Positions 17,121-33,105 of a DNA stretch of 64,000 nt are shown one piece after another. The notes under the pieces are model-generated. The model did not search any database. It worked only from the letters and a program-made list of their open reading frames with translations, and was not told where the DNA came from. A program made the position numbers and the translations under genes. The stretch's first letter is position 1; each line of letters begins with the position of its first letter. Source of the DNA: the human T2T-CHM13v2.0 reference genome, Homo sapiens; NCBI RefSeq assembly GCF_009914755.1, contig NC_060933.1, one strand, 5' to 3'.

Positions 17121-20100
17121 TCCTGCCACATCTTAAGCTCTTCACCATTCACTTTGGTATATCCAGCTGGATTTCTGATTTAAGGGCCAGCAACTTAGAT
17201 TTGCTCTTGAAGTCCAGATATCTTCAGTTGAACTAATCAAAGTCTCTTGCCATACCCTATTTGCTCTAATAATGAGATTTGGAGCAATTCTATTTTGTGG
17301 CTCATTACTATGCAGAATTTTACATAATTCAGATGATCTTCTTGCTTTTTCATAAGCCTTTGTTGATAAGCAATCCGATAAAGAGATTGGTGGCCAGTTA
17401 TGTACATGTACACAAACATTTATGCGTAGAAGCAAAAAATGCATCAAAGCTATTGTTATTACTACCCCCATATTGTTTTGTATACTATGATCCGTGAGTA
17501 GACGATTACTACTGTGAAGAGGGAAAAGTCATTTGCCTTGATCTGATTACAAGCACACAATAGTATTTGCAAACTACAAGATGTATCTAAATATCAAAGG
17601 AATGTAAAGAAATCAAGGTGAATATACTTATCTAAGGAAACACACTGAAACCCTGTCAGCACAGACAGTTTAGAATGAGGGTGGACCAAATACCAAAGGA
17701 GAAGTAGAAGAAGGAATAAAATATGCTATCAGAGTAATCTTCAGTGCTGGCCCTAGGGGGATAAACTAAGTAACCTAATAGGTGTTTTCCATCTTTGAAT
17801 TCTATGACTAGAATAGCAATGAAGGTTTTAGCTCAGAATTGGGATGCTACAGACAACTGAGGAGGTCTGCAGAAAGAAGCTTTTATATTACCTACCCACA
17901 CCATGTCTGGCTTAAACTAGTGCTGACTGATTTCTATTTTCGTAAGTGCTCACCCACCATAACAATGTTTTTACACACTGTGTGCAATCATCATGCACAC
18001 ATGCATACAATTAGGGCTCGAGATACATGAGCATTTGTGTATAGAAAGATTTTGAAAAGTAACGTTCATCTCTGATGCATTGGTTCTCTGATTTACATTC
18101 AATATGTAGAGAATGAAAGCATATTTCTTTTAAAAGGGAAAGGAGAAAAAACAGTAGCTGATGTAGGTTGGAATTTAGGGGTCAAATATTAATTCAGTGA
18201 CTATTTCAATAAATGAGTATTATACTTGTAACTTGCAATGTTTATCTAAAATGATAGTGTGTGTTGAGGGAAAGAAGAGGTGGGGGTAGGGAGAGAAAGC
18301 TATAACTTCCTTTAGACTTCATTATCAACATCACTTGGCCTACGTATTAAAATTATTATGATTATGTCTTTAAAGGTAAAAATGTGCTCATACTGATCAC
18401 ATTAACTTCCTTATGGTGGTAATGAGTTTGAATTACAATGTGAAAACATTGAAACTAAATAACTACTAATGTTCTTCCAAAGATTATTAAGAACAGAAGA
18501 TTTCTCCAGATGGTCTAGAAATTATACCGTTAAATCATAGTTAAATAATGTATGGGTCAAATTCCACGATCTTAAGTTCAATAAAAGTGTATTTTCTGTT
18601 ATGCTACTTTTCATATAATATTATATGGGTTGATTAATATAATATTAAATGGGCAGATCTCATAATATAAAGTGAATAGATTATAACCTGGGGCTTTTTC
18701 ATCTTTTGCAAACAGGTATTTGTTGAAATGGAATCTGACCCATACAAACAAATTTATCTGTATGAGTGCGAATCTGATATGGCAGAAACCCTTTCAAAAC
18801 TCCATGCCACATGTTTTTTTCATTACTAAAGACTTTTCAAGGATATGCACTAAGTGCATGTAAAAGTTATTTTCATTGAATAAGGCATTAAATTCTAACA
18901 TATGAATCTCAAAATGCAGTAAATTATTATAAAATACGAACTCAAAGTATTACATTTAAAGGAACTCATTGTAAAATGTATGGGTGCATGGAAAAATACC
19001 TGAATGACTATTTCAGCATTTAATTCCCTCAGGCTAGATTCCTTCATTTGCAGGAAATGATTATTATATATTCAGCCTTTTCACTTTTTCTACCCCTATT
19101 GTAGTGTAGTGACATTAAAAATAACTTTCTTGATTAGAGTCTGCCACCTTGGATTTTTCCCCAAGTTAAGATGCTTGAGTTTACAAAAAAGTCTTAAGTT
19201 TTTATTTTATGGAGACAATCATGGTACAACTTATAACTAGATAACATCTCTTTTCAGGCAACAGCCAGATATTGTGTTTAGAGTTTGTGCAACCCTCATT
19301 CAGTCATACATTCTTTTTTTCAACTAATAGTTATTCATCATGCCAGACACTGTTCTGAGTGTTTCATGTGGCTAAAGATGGAAGAGCAGTCAAATAAGGA
19401 GGAGAGAAGAAACCCTACGTTCTTGAGGCAAGGTTCTGATTATACAGTACTTCCTTTGTTAACAATAATTGCTTGTTACCTTATGATGCTATCCTTTAAT
19501 TAGAGATGCCAATACAGGAAAATGTTAACTAGGTCTCACACCTATTATCAAATGTAAGATATGTCAAAATTACGAGCAGTTGTAGAAACACACACTCATA
19601 ATAATAATGATAATAATATTATAATAACATCTGTCATGAATTACTGCTTAGCATGTGTCTGACACCATGGAAAGAAAACACTTTACATTTAACCATAAGA
19701 CTATCAGTTTTCTTTGGGCAGGAATCACGTATGTATCTCATTCATGGTAACATCTTCAGAATCCTGCAAATTGTAAATATTCAAAAATATCTTTGTCAAA
19801 GGAATACATAGACGAATGAATCAATTATCTCATTGAGTGACCAAGACATATGAATTATTACCCCTTTTTACAGATGAGTAAACTTAGTTAGACAGATGAA
19901 GTATTCATGGCTAAACTAGGATCTAAATCCAGTTCTGATTGACTCCAATGTCTGTGGTTATAACTACTCTGCCCCCAAAACTTCTAGCATTGTGGGTCCC
20001 AAATCTCACTTCCTCATTAAATCAAACATATTCTTAGTTAAAATAAGCATAGAATTATCTTTCATTTGGTAAGTATTTTAGTTCACCTATTATGTTTTTA

Positions 20101-20753
20101 ATTTCTCATACCATACCTATAAGCACCTAATTCACTCATTATTCTGAACACTCATAATTATCTTTCAAAATAAATGTTCCTTAAAACAACTCCTCTCCCT
20201 CTCACACCTAAAATTCAATGGTTGCATTGCCAAGAGGGTGGAAGCCTCTCAGGGATGCACATATGGTTTCAGTAATCCAAATCACCTTTTTATGTCTTGA
20301 AACCTGGTATAGTGAAAATAACAGGAGCTCTGGATAAGGCAAACCTGAGCTCGAGGTCTCACTACCCTACTTAACCAGCTGTGTGACTTTGAGGGTTTAA
20401 ATACTGAAAGCCTCAATTCTTTAAATGTAAAATGGGAACAACTGGAAGAAATAATGATATAATATCTGCAAAGTTCCTAGCACAAGTAGCATAGAAGAGA
20501 CTTAATCAATAAGAAACCTGATAAAAGTATGAGAGCAACTGAAATTTCCAGAAGCAGACTGAAAATCCTTATGTCTGGTAGTTATGCCACTCCTGGAGAA
20601 CCTCACCAAGAAGGCAGGCAGAAATGTTCATCTGGGTGACTTCTGGAATGGCACCTGCTTCTTGCCCTGGTTTACTGGTGAGTCAAACTCATGCTTTTCT
20701 CCAGAGACGGTACTTAAAGGAATGGTTCCTCAGGATAAACAGTGAAAAGGGAG

Positions 20754-23186
<2,433 letters not shown>

Positions 23187-24873
23187 GAGTGGAAAGGGAG
23201 AATTGCCTCCTGATGTTTCGCCTGAGTTTTAGACTTTGTGAGAAGCCAATGCCAGCTCAGGTGAAGGAAGTCTTGGAAGGAGAAACTAGTAGAGGAACTA
23301 AGGTTTGGAATGGGATGATCTCCAAGGTTTTATCCAGCAATTGCATTTTATGATTTTAACTACTGACAAATTGTAAAATCATTTAAATGATCTCACATGT
23401 CTTGTAAATGTATGAAGGCAGAACAGAACACCATGGTGTTGAGAGAAAGAGGGATTAAAAAAAACTTCACATCAGCCAGAGTGCAAAGCCTGTAATGCTG
23501 GAGAAATTATTTTAAATGGAGGTAGGAAACATAACCAAGTAGATTTCAGAAAGGGCATCGGTCTCTCCTCCCCGGCACCCCAAGAAGAATGCATTCGGTG
23601 CTCAGTAAATCTTCCAAAATATACATGAGTGCAGCCTCAGATGGAATATTCTAAAAGCATACAGGAAAAACATACTGAATACTTGATTTGTGGCTTTTAC
23701 TGGAGAGTTATACAAAAACAAATAGAAAAAGTTTTCTACCCTCAAATATCTTGTGACTAAATGGGGAAGATAGCAATCAATATGGCAGACTAAATTGATC
23801 TCTAAATAGAGGTACAAATAATGTGTTATGAAAAAACAAAGATTCAAACTAAAACACTAGAAGAAAGTTCCATGAAAAATATGTTTTTAATTGAGATTTG
23901 AGGAATAAGCAGGATTCATAATGAGGAGAAAAAAAAGAAACATGGGAAAAAAATCTTCCCTAATTAAAAAAAAAAAATAGACAAAAGCCATGAAAAAGTA
24001 ATTTCCTCAAAATGCCATATAAATAACCGATAAACATTAGAAAGAAAGATTAACGTTGTTAATACTCAGAAAATGCAAATTAAAGTAATGTGAACTTTTT
24101 TTGTATAACATTGGCAAACACGGGGATTTTTTTTATAGTTCTTATGAGAGATCACGCAATATACATATCAAGGCCCTTAAAAATGTTAATATAACTTTAC
24201 TCAGTAAATTCAAATCTAATAATTTATTCTAAGGGAAAGAAAAAATCAGGGGAAGTAATAAAGACATAGGTCAAGTCATTACTTACAAAGATAAAATATA
24301 ATATTAATATAATAAAATATAATACATCCATTATATATATTTTAGAAGAATATGTAATGACATTATAAAATTTTCATAATGTACTCAATAAAAAAGGGTT
24401 CTAAATAAATATATATATATGCATGTATATATACAAAGTATGTATATGTACTTTGAAGCAAAGATCAGAAAATACATCTAAAGATATCATACTATTTCTG
24501 GATTGTGGGATTATGTGATTTTATTTTATATTTAATAATCTCTGTAATATCCAAAATTTATAGTCAGAAAAATAATGTTATCTTAATGTTATGTTAAGTA
24601 ATATTATTTTAAATTTTAACATCATTTATAATGAGTTGGATTTAGACAAGTGAAGAATGGAAACTGTCATTTTAGCCTAAAGAACAGTATGAGTAGAGAC
24701 AAAAAGACAAATTTGAAAGGCACTTTCAGAAAAGATAGAGTAGATGAGTAGGAAGGATGCAGGGTAAATGAAACTGGAAAAGTGGTTGGAATCAGATTAT
24801 TGAAGATATTGAATGTCATGCTCATGAATTGGTCCTATGAGTAGTGGAGCTCTTCACACAGGGTGATCATTGG

Positions 24874-25190
24874 TTTGCTTTGTTTTGTTTTGCTTTGCTT
24901 TAGAGACAGGGTCTCATTTTGTCACTCAGACTGGAGTACAATGATGCAACCACAGCTCACTGCAGTCTTGAATTCCTGGCTCAAGCAATCCTCCCACCTC
25001 TGCCTCCCAAGTAGCTGGGACTATAGGTATACACCACCATGCCCAGCTAATTTTTAAATTATTTGTAGAGATGGGGGGGTGGGTCTTGCTATGTTGCCCA
25101 GGATGGTCTCAATGTCCTGCCTTCAAGCAACACTCCTGCCTCGACCTCCCAAACTGCTGAGATTATAAGCATGAACCACCGCACATGGCC
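24874..25190 (-). mobile_element. Alu (AluJ-like)
   Basis: Reverse Alu with a (TTTG)-type tail; flanking repeat cattggttt on both sides. Confidence 0.9.
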
Positions 25191-26744
25191 CAATCCCATT
25201 GGTTTATAGAAATACTATCCAAGTGACCATTTGAGGTGTGGAGGATGGATCAAAGAGGGAAAACTACAAGCAGAAAGAATGTTGTTTATATATTCTAAAC
25301 TAACAGTGTCCAAACTGTTTAGACCTTGACCCAGAGTAATGATATCTTTCATATTGTGACCCAATACACTCATACACACACACAAACCCATATTACCCTC
25401 ACATGTGACTAACATAAAGGCTTCATTAAAAGCCTATACCCTTAACTTATGGCATCTACTCCAATACTTTCTATTCTGTTGTTTCCTATTTCTTTCCACT
25501 CTATAACATTACTTTTTTTTTTTCTTAAGTGCTGGTCACAGCCCACAAAAATGATTTCATGACACCTAATGTGACAGTACTACTCTGGGAAAAACCCAAG
25601 TCTTCCTTTTCTCTTCCCAACTCTACTCCTGAGTAGTAGACCAAGCTCTAGCGATGGATTGAGACCAAGAACCCGGAGCTGGGCCACGGTACTAGGAGCT
25701 GGCGCTTTCTGAGGAAGAAGCCAAGGGGGAAACATCTTTGATCCCATGTGGGAAAATATTTAGAGAGATCTTCTCCCTTGGCCTCACTTTCTTCCATGGA
25801 AGGCCTCTTGGTCCTATAAATTGTTTCCCATATAGCCAGTAAGATAAGACAGGCGTGGGTCTTGTCCTCACCTTCTGCCAACCTACCATACCCCAACAAG
25901 ACCAACACAAAACCTTTGTAGGCCAACAAAATATTTTTAGCTGGCATATTATCCAATTTAATTCCTAATGTAGGAATTTGAAACAAAAGCCACATCAACT
26001 AGAAAAAGAGGTTAAATTGGTAGACTGTTGTTGACATACTTTTCCTTAGACACAATTTTGTAGGCCGTGGCTTTGGATGGAAGTCATGTTTCCATCTATC
26101 CTGGCAGAAAAGGATTCACTAGTCCCAGTAAGAGATAATCTGGGCTAAGTGAAGGATAGATCCAATAGACATATCTCTGATGGGATCAGCTGAATTTGAG
26201 CCTAGTTGAATTGGGGAGGGAAGGGAAGGAAGTGGTAAGGCAGAGGAGGGAGAAGAGAGAGAAAGAGAATACTCCTAGCATTTCCGCTTGGGAGACTGGG
26301 ATTGAAACTGGGTGTATTGTGGCATCATCAATGGTGATAGGAAATATGGGAAGAGGAACAGATTTTATAGAGAAAATAATGAGTTCTGTTTTGGTAGAGG
26401 TCCAGATCAGAGATAATTTAAAGCACAAAGAAAAAGGCATTCCGTTTTTCCATCAAAGTGTTTCTATCTTTTACAGAAGAAAGCAGAATGTGAAGGTCAA
26501 TTGAACCACGTGATGAATTGGTTAATTATTACACATTTCTGGATCTAGAGTGAACCAAGGTATAACCCCATTCACATGGCAAATGCAAACAACACCTATT
26601 ATACATTTAACCAAGTTTTCTTGTTGACCGTTTCACTTACCTCTCTTAACAACACCTGGGAGATATCAGGGTCATTACCTCCATTTTGCAGATGAAAAGC
26701 CTGGACCCAAAGAGTTTAAGACTCTTGTTCAAAATCACATTTGG

Positions 26745-26778
26745 TCCCTGGTGGTTTGGTGGCTAGGGGAAAAAAAAA
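26745..26778 (+). pseudogene. Retroposed 5' fragment of tRNA-Glu with an A-tail
   Basis: tccctggtggtttggtggctagg matches 21/23 nt of the tRNA-Glu 5' end TCCCTGGTGGTCTAGTGGCTAGG, followed by A9; TSD-like aaaatcacatttgg (26731-26744) / aaaattacattttgg (26781-26795). Confidence 0.75.
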
Positions 26779-27349
26779 GCAAAATTACATTTTGGTCTGA
26801 TGCATTTTGCCAGTGCCTGTTCTAGACAGCAGCCTGTCTTATTAAGTAGTGAGCCTGTAAATTTGATCTGATCATGAGAAGAGAGAGGAAATCTCTGGCT
26901 GAGGAGGTCCAAGTAGAAGAGTCATTTCTAAAAGGAATTTAGAATATTCCAGCAGCCAGGAGTAAAAGGCACGCCTTAGTCAGATGGTAAAATAGTATTA
27001 AACTGTGGAATAGAAGATCTAGGCCATTAGAGAAGGTTTCCATAATTTGATGCTAGTTATATTATGAAATATAGCTCAAATAAATTCAATCTTATGGCTT
27101 TATAATCACTCAGGAAAATCATTGCAGAAAGAGGATAGTAAGGGAATTAAAATGTTTTCTGCTTTGAAGATTGTTTTGTATTTTCTTAGGCAGAAAAGGG
27201 TTTTCAACAATTTTAAGGGTGTTAATGAGCATAAATCATGTATGTTTTAGCAATTCAGAAAGGCTAGTATGTATAAATTATTTTTTGTATTAACAAGAGT
27301 TTAATCTTTGTGATGTAACACAATTGAGTCAGATTCTCCCTTGCAGACT

Positions 27350-27600
27350 AGTGCAGTGGAAGGAGAACTTTGGATTTAGAGATATCAGGATTTTTATTCT
27401 GGTTCCACCACATACTAGTTTGGTAACTGCAACTGGGCAAGTCACAGCAGAATTTATCTGAGATCAGTTTCATCACCTGTTAAATAAAAATAACAATACC
27501 TACCTCATATAATAGGTGTAAGGATTAAGAGATAAAAATGCATATAAGGCTCTGAGTCCAATCCCTGACATAGCAGAAGTTCAATGAATAGTAGCTGTGA
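27350..27600 (+). mobile_element. MIR
   Basis: ctgggcaagtcac...cagtttcatcacctgttaaataaaaataacaatacctacctcatat...aggattaagagataa MIR core. Confidence 0.75.
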
Positions 27601-29668
27601 TGGTGAAAGAGAATAAAGGAAAAAAAAAAACACACACACTATAAGCCAGCCTTGGAAAAATATAGTGATTTTATTTAGTTCATGAGGGTAAAATTCATTC
27701 TGGAGATTCCAAACTTTTAAACACAATATATACTTTAAAAATGTATGTTTGGTTCTAACATTCATATTTCGGGTGACCCTGGAAAAGATATCTTGTCTTC
27801 TTTGGTTCGGGTTTTGCAAAACACCAGGATAAAAAGACTTACCTCTGACCTTTCCAGAAATATAGTGAATATTTGCTTTTAAAAGATCAGTCATGGTTAG
27901 AATTTTACCATATTAGAAGTCAGTCCAGCTCTTGTCTTCAGAAAAACACATACATACAACCACACACAAACAACCAAACCATTTCAGGTAGATAAGAGGC
28001 AAGCCTTATCAGTCTAGGTTTTCAGAAACGATATGTGACCATCTTTCTAGGGAACTCATCAAGATACTTAGCCTTTTGCACTGTTGGGAATTTCTTCCTT
28101 AAATGTATGTAGAATGTCTATGTTTCAAGTGTATTTCATCATGTTCTAGCTTTAGCAGAGTTGGAGTACAATTGGTTACTACCCTCTGAATAAATAAATA
28201 AACTTTTCTCAATCCTGGAAGATTTATAACAGCTTCTTCTCACTCTTCTCTTCTCCAGGACAAATCATCCTGGTGCCTTTAACTTCTGCAGAGCATGCTG
28301 AAATGCCCTGACTCCATTAAAGTGCCTGGCACCCCATGGACCTTAATAAAATACTCTAGACAAACTGGCTAATGGGTTGACTTTTGCCATAGATCTTATT
28401 TGCCAAACTTCTAAACATGCTTGCATGCCTGGAGCTTTCCTGTCCAAGTTCAAATATAGTATAACACATCACAAGTGCTGAGAAGCAGGAAGCCCATCAC
28501 TGAATCTGGCACCACAGTCCTGAATGGAAAATACCATTTGTTTCCTTGGCAATCTGTCCTTGGTAACTAGAAAAAGTGGGGAGCAAAGGGTTAATGCTAC
28601 TGTAGAAGCGCCACACTCACCAATTCTCAGAGGAGGGGATAGGGTGGTAAATTCTACTAAGAGAGAGTGACTGGAAACAGGTTAAATTCCTGGTGCCGTT
28701 CAGCAGGAAGTTGGAGAAAAGCTCTAAAGGTCTAATGGCCTCATTAAGGGCTTCTTCTGCTCCACAACAAATTTATAATCAGAAGTTGTCCTGCAAGAAG
28801 AAAAGGGAAGGACAAGTGGGAAAGACACTTCCGCATTGAGAATTGGCTAGCACAAAGGATGGAAGGCAGAAGACCTTTCCAACATGTTAAAAGCCAAAAG
28901 AGTACCTTTTAGTGTTTGTTTTGATTATATTTGCCTGTAACCCAGCAACTGGGCCCAGATGCCAGCAGCCCGAAGAGAACACTGCTGATGACCGGTGTCC
29001 AAAAAGAAAAAAAATTCCTTTTGTTTTCTAACTTTTATGGTTCTTCTCAAGGTGAGTGAAAAGAGCTGGTCAGGGCCCTTTGAAGCTGTTTAGAACCCTT
29101 ACTCATTTTTCTAACAATAGTCAGAATGATTTATAATGCCACATGTTCTCATTGGTGGTTTCCTCTTTTTTATTTTTGAAGACAAGACACAAGTGGGAAA
29201 TGTGAATCTTGAGCCAGAGTTAAGATGATCTTTTAAAGCAACTGAATGCATTTTCCAGTCACTCTACCCCCAACTTGAGGTTTTCCTCCCTGAATCACTG
29301 AGTTCTCCCTGCTACAAAGGCAATATTCATATGTTCAGTGTCATTACAAATGCTTGGATTTCAAGAGCTACATGTTGCTAGATATTTTAAGTCGTTTGTG
29401 CTTTATACATTCTCCCCCTCTGTACCGAAAAGCAAAACTAGTGTATCCAATGTATGAAATTCATCAGATATATTACAAATCACACCAAAATGATCCCAGG
29501 CAGACAGCATTCTATTATGTCAAAAGATATATCACAACAAAAGAAGACTACAAAACTAACTCATTCTTTATCATCTTTGCAACCAAGCAGGTCTTTATTC
29601 AATTCAAGATAAATCCCTCCCCTTTTAGTGTGTATTTATTTTATTTTGTTCTTAACTCTACAGAAATA

Positions 29669-29670
<2 letters not shown>

Positions 29671-29710
<40 letters not shown>
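29671..29710. repeat. (GT)n microsatellite, about 20 units
   Basis: Perfect GT run read directly. Confidence 0.95.
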
Positions 29711-29711
<1 letters not shown>

Positions 29712-29885
29712 GGTGGTAGTGATGGTTTGGTTTTGGTTAACCATTACCACTCAGGCATTTGAATATCAGTATTAATGCAATCCTTAACCTCTTCATTTCT
29801 AGATGAATTAACCCAAATTTTTATAATTACCCTCCCTCCACCAACGTCCCCACGAATCTTATTTGGTATGTTAGAAAATAACTTC

Positions 29886-29998
29886 GATGGCACATGTATA
29901 CATATGTAACTAACCTGCACATTGTGCACATGTACCCTAAAACTTAGAGTATAATAATAATAAAATAAAATAAAAGTATTTAAACTAAAAAGAAAAAA
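29886..29998 (+). mobile_element. Extremely 5'-truncated young L1 (L1HS/L1PA2-3-like 3' terminus)
   Basis: atggcacatgtatacatatgtaactaacctgcacattgtgcacatgtaccctaaaacttagagtataat plus an A-rich tail; perfect 13-bp TSD agaaaataacttc at 29873-29885 and 29999-30011. Confidence 0.92.
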
Positions 29999-32350
29999 AG
30001 AAAATAACTTCAAATTAAAATTTTTCATTATTTCTTACCCAAAGACTCCTAGAATTTCCTATGATGTGTTGGTTTAAATGGAAAAAATTACAAGTAAATT
30101 TTATTTGGCTTTTATTTGTGTCATTTCTGATTTACTTGAGCAGTGTTTTTAATTCTCATTATAGAGATCTTTGACCTCCCTGGTTACCTGTATTCCTAGG
30201 TATTTTATTCTTTTTGTGGCCATTGTGAATGAGATTGCATTCCGCATTTGGATCTCAACTTGGATGTCGCTGGTGTATAGGAATGCTACTGATTTTTGTA
30301 CAACTTTGCTGAAGCTGTTTATCAGATCAAGGAGTTTTGGGGCAGAGACTGTGGGGTTTTCTAGATATAGAAACATGTCATCTGCAAACAGGGATACTTT
30401 GACTTTCTTTCTTCTTATTTGGATGCCTTTTTATTCCCCTCTTGCCTGATTGCTCTGACCAGGACTTCCAGCACTACATTGAATAGGAATGGTGATAGAC
30501 GGCATACTTCTCTTGCTCTGATTTTCAAGGGTAATGCTTCCAGCTTTTACCCATTCAGTATAATATTGGCTGTGGGTTTGTCACAGATAGTTGTTATTAT
30601 TTTGAAGTATGTTCCAATAATGCCAAGTTTGTTGAGGGTTTTTAACATGAAGGAGTGTTGAATTTTATTAAAAGCCTTTTCTGCATATATTGAGATAATC
30701 ATGTGGTTTTTGTTTTTAGTTTTGTTTGTGTGATGAATCATATTTATTGATTTCTGTATGTTGAACCAACCTTGCATCACAGGGATAAAGCCTACTTGAT
30801 CGTAGTGGATTAGCTTTTTGATGTGCTGCTGGATTTTGTTTGCTAGTATTTTGTTGAGGATTTTTGCATCAATGTTTATCAAGGATATTGGCCTGAAGTT
30901 TTCTTTTTTTGTTGTGTCTCTACCAGGTTTTGGTATCAGAATGATACTGGCCTCAGATAATGAGTTGAGGAGGAGTCCCTCCTCAATTTGGTGGAATAGT
31001 TTCAGTAGAAATGTTATCAGATCTTCTTTATACATCTGGTAGAATTCAGCTGTGAATCTGTCTGGGTCTGGGCTTTCTTTTTTATTGGTAGGCTTTTTGT
31101 TACTGATCGATTCAATTTCAGAGCTTGTTATTGGCCTGTTCAGGAATTCATTTTTTTCCTGGTTCAGTCTTGGGAAGTCATATGTGTCTAAATATTTATC
31201 CATTTCTTCTAGATTTTCTAGTTTGTATTCATAGTAGTCTTTGACGGTGTTTTGTATTTCTGTGGGGTCAGTGGTAATGTCCCTTTTGTCATTTCTAATT
31301 GTGTTTATTTGGATCTTCTCTCTTTTTTTCTTTATTAGTTTAGCTACTGGTATATCTATATATTAATTTTTTAAAAGAACAATTCCTGGACTCATTCATC
31401 TTTTGTATGGTTTTTTTGTGTGTGTGTCTCAATTTCTTTCAGTTCAGCTCTGATTTTGGTGACTTCTGAATAATCAATATCATTAAGATGCTCATACTGC
31501 CCAAAGCAATTTACAGATTTAATGCTATTCTTATCAAACTAACAATGACATTCTTCACAGAATTAGAAAAAACTATTCTAAAATTCATATGGAACCAAAA
31601 AAGAGCTTAAATATCCAAGGCAATCCTAAGCAAAAAGAACAAAACTGGAGGCATCACATTACCCAACTTCAAACTATACTGTAAGGCGACAGTAACCAAA
31701 ACAGCATGGTACTGGTACAAAAACAGGCACAAAGACCAACGGAACAGAATAGATCGCCCAAAAATAATGCTGCACTCCTACAGCCATCTGATCTTTGACA
31801 AAGCTGACAAAAATAAGCAATGAAGAAAGGACTCCCTGATCAATAAATGGTGCTGGAATAATTGGCTAGCCATATGCAGAAGACTGAAACTGAACCCCCT
31901 TCCTTATGCTGTTCAATAAATGGTGCTGGAATAATTGGCTAGCCATAGCAGAAGATTGAAACTGAACCCCTTCCTTATGCCATATACAAAAATCAACTCA
32001 AGATAGATTAAAGACTGAAGTGTAAAGTCTAAAACTATAAAAACCCTGGAAGATAACCTAGGAAATATCATTCTGGACATAGGACCTGGCAAAGGTTTTA
32101 CGACAAAGTCGCCAAAAGCAACTCCAAAATAGAAATTGACAAATGAGACCTAATTAAACTAAAGAGCTTCTGCACAGCAAAAGAAACTATCAACAGAGTA
32201 AACAGACAATCTATGGAATGGGAGAAAATATTTGCAAACTCTGCATCCAACAAAGATCTAATATCCAGAATCTGTAAGGAACTTAGACAAATTTACAAGC
32301 AAAACCAAACAACCCCATTAAAAAGTGGGCAAAGGACATAAACAGGTACA

Positions 32351-32602
32351 TTTCTTTTTCCTTCTTTCCTTTCTTTCCCTTCTTTTCCCTCTTTCTTTCT
32401 CTCTCTCTTTCCTTTCTTTCCTTTCTTTCTTTCCTTCCTTCCCTCCTTCCATCCCTCCCTCCCTCTCTCTTTCTCTCTTTCTTTCTGAGATGAGGTTTCA
32501 CCATGTTGGCCAGGCTGGTCTTAAACTCCTGACCTCAGGTGATCCACTCACCTCAGCCTCCCAAAATGCTGGGATTACAGGTGTGAGCCACTGTACCTGG
32601 CC
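32351..32602 (-). mobile_element. Alu left arm only, with tail expanded into a TC-rich microsatellite
   Basis: gtttcaccatgttggccaggctgg...gtgagccactgtacctggcc preceded by about 135 nt of pure pyrimidines; flanking repeat aacagg(t/c)ac. Confidence 0.85.
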
Positions 32603-32748
32603 TGAACAGGCACTTTTCAAAAGACACGTATGCAGCTAACAGGCATATGAAAAAGTGTTCAACATCGCTAATCATTAGAGAAATGCAAGTCAAAACCACA
32701 TTGAGATAGTATCTCACACCAGTCAGATTGGCTATTATTAAGAAGTCA

Positions 32749-33105
<357 letters not shown>

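Noticed and set aside
25295-25595. Possible hAT-type MER element
   Set aside because: The termini look transposon-like, but I cannot assign a family or confirm TIRs and a TSD.
28413-28432. p53-like motif aaacatgcttgcatgcct
   Set aside because: One perfect half-site; the second overlaps it by 2 nt, so the spacing is non-canonical.
28232-29057. Strong acceptor (cttctcttctccag at 28258) and strong donor (AAG|GTGAGT at 29052) suggesting a lncRNA exon
   Set aside because: The acceptor text resembles an antisense L3/CR1 fragment, the implied exon of about 790 nt is atypical, and such sites occur by chance. No transcript evidence is available from sequence alone.
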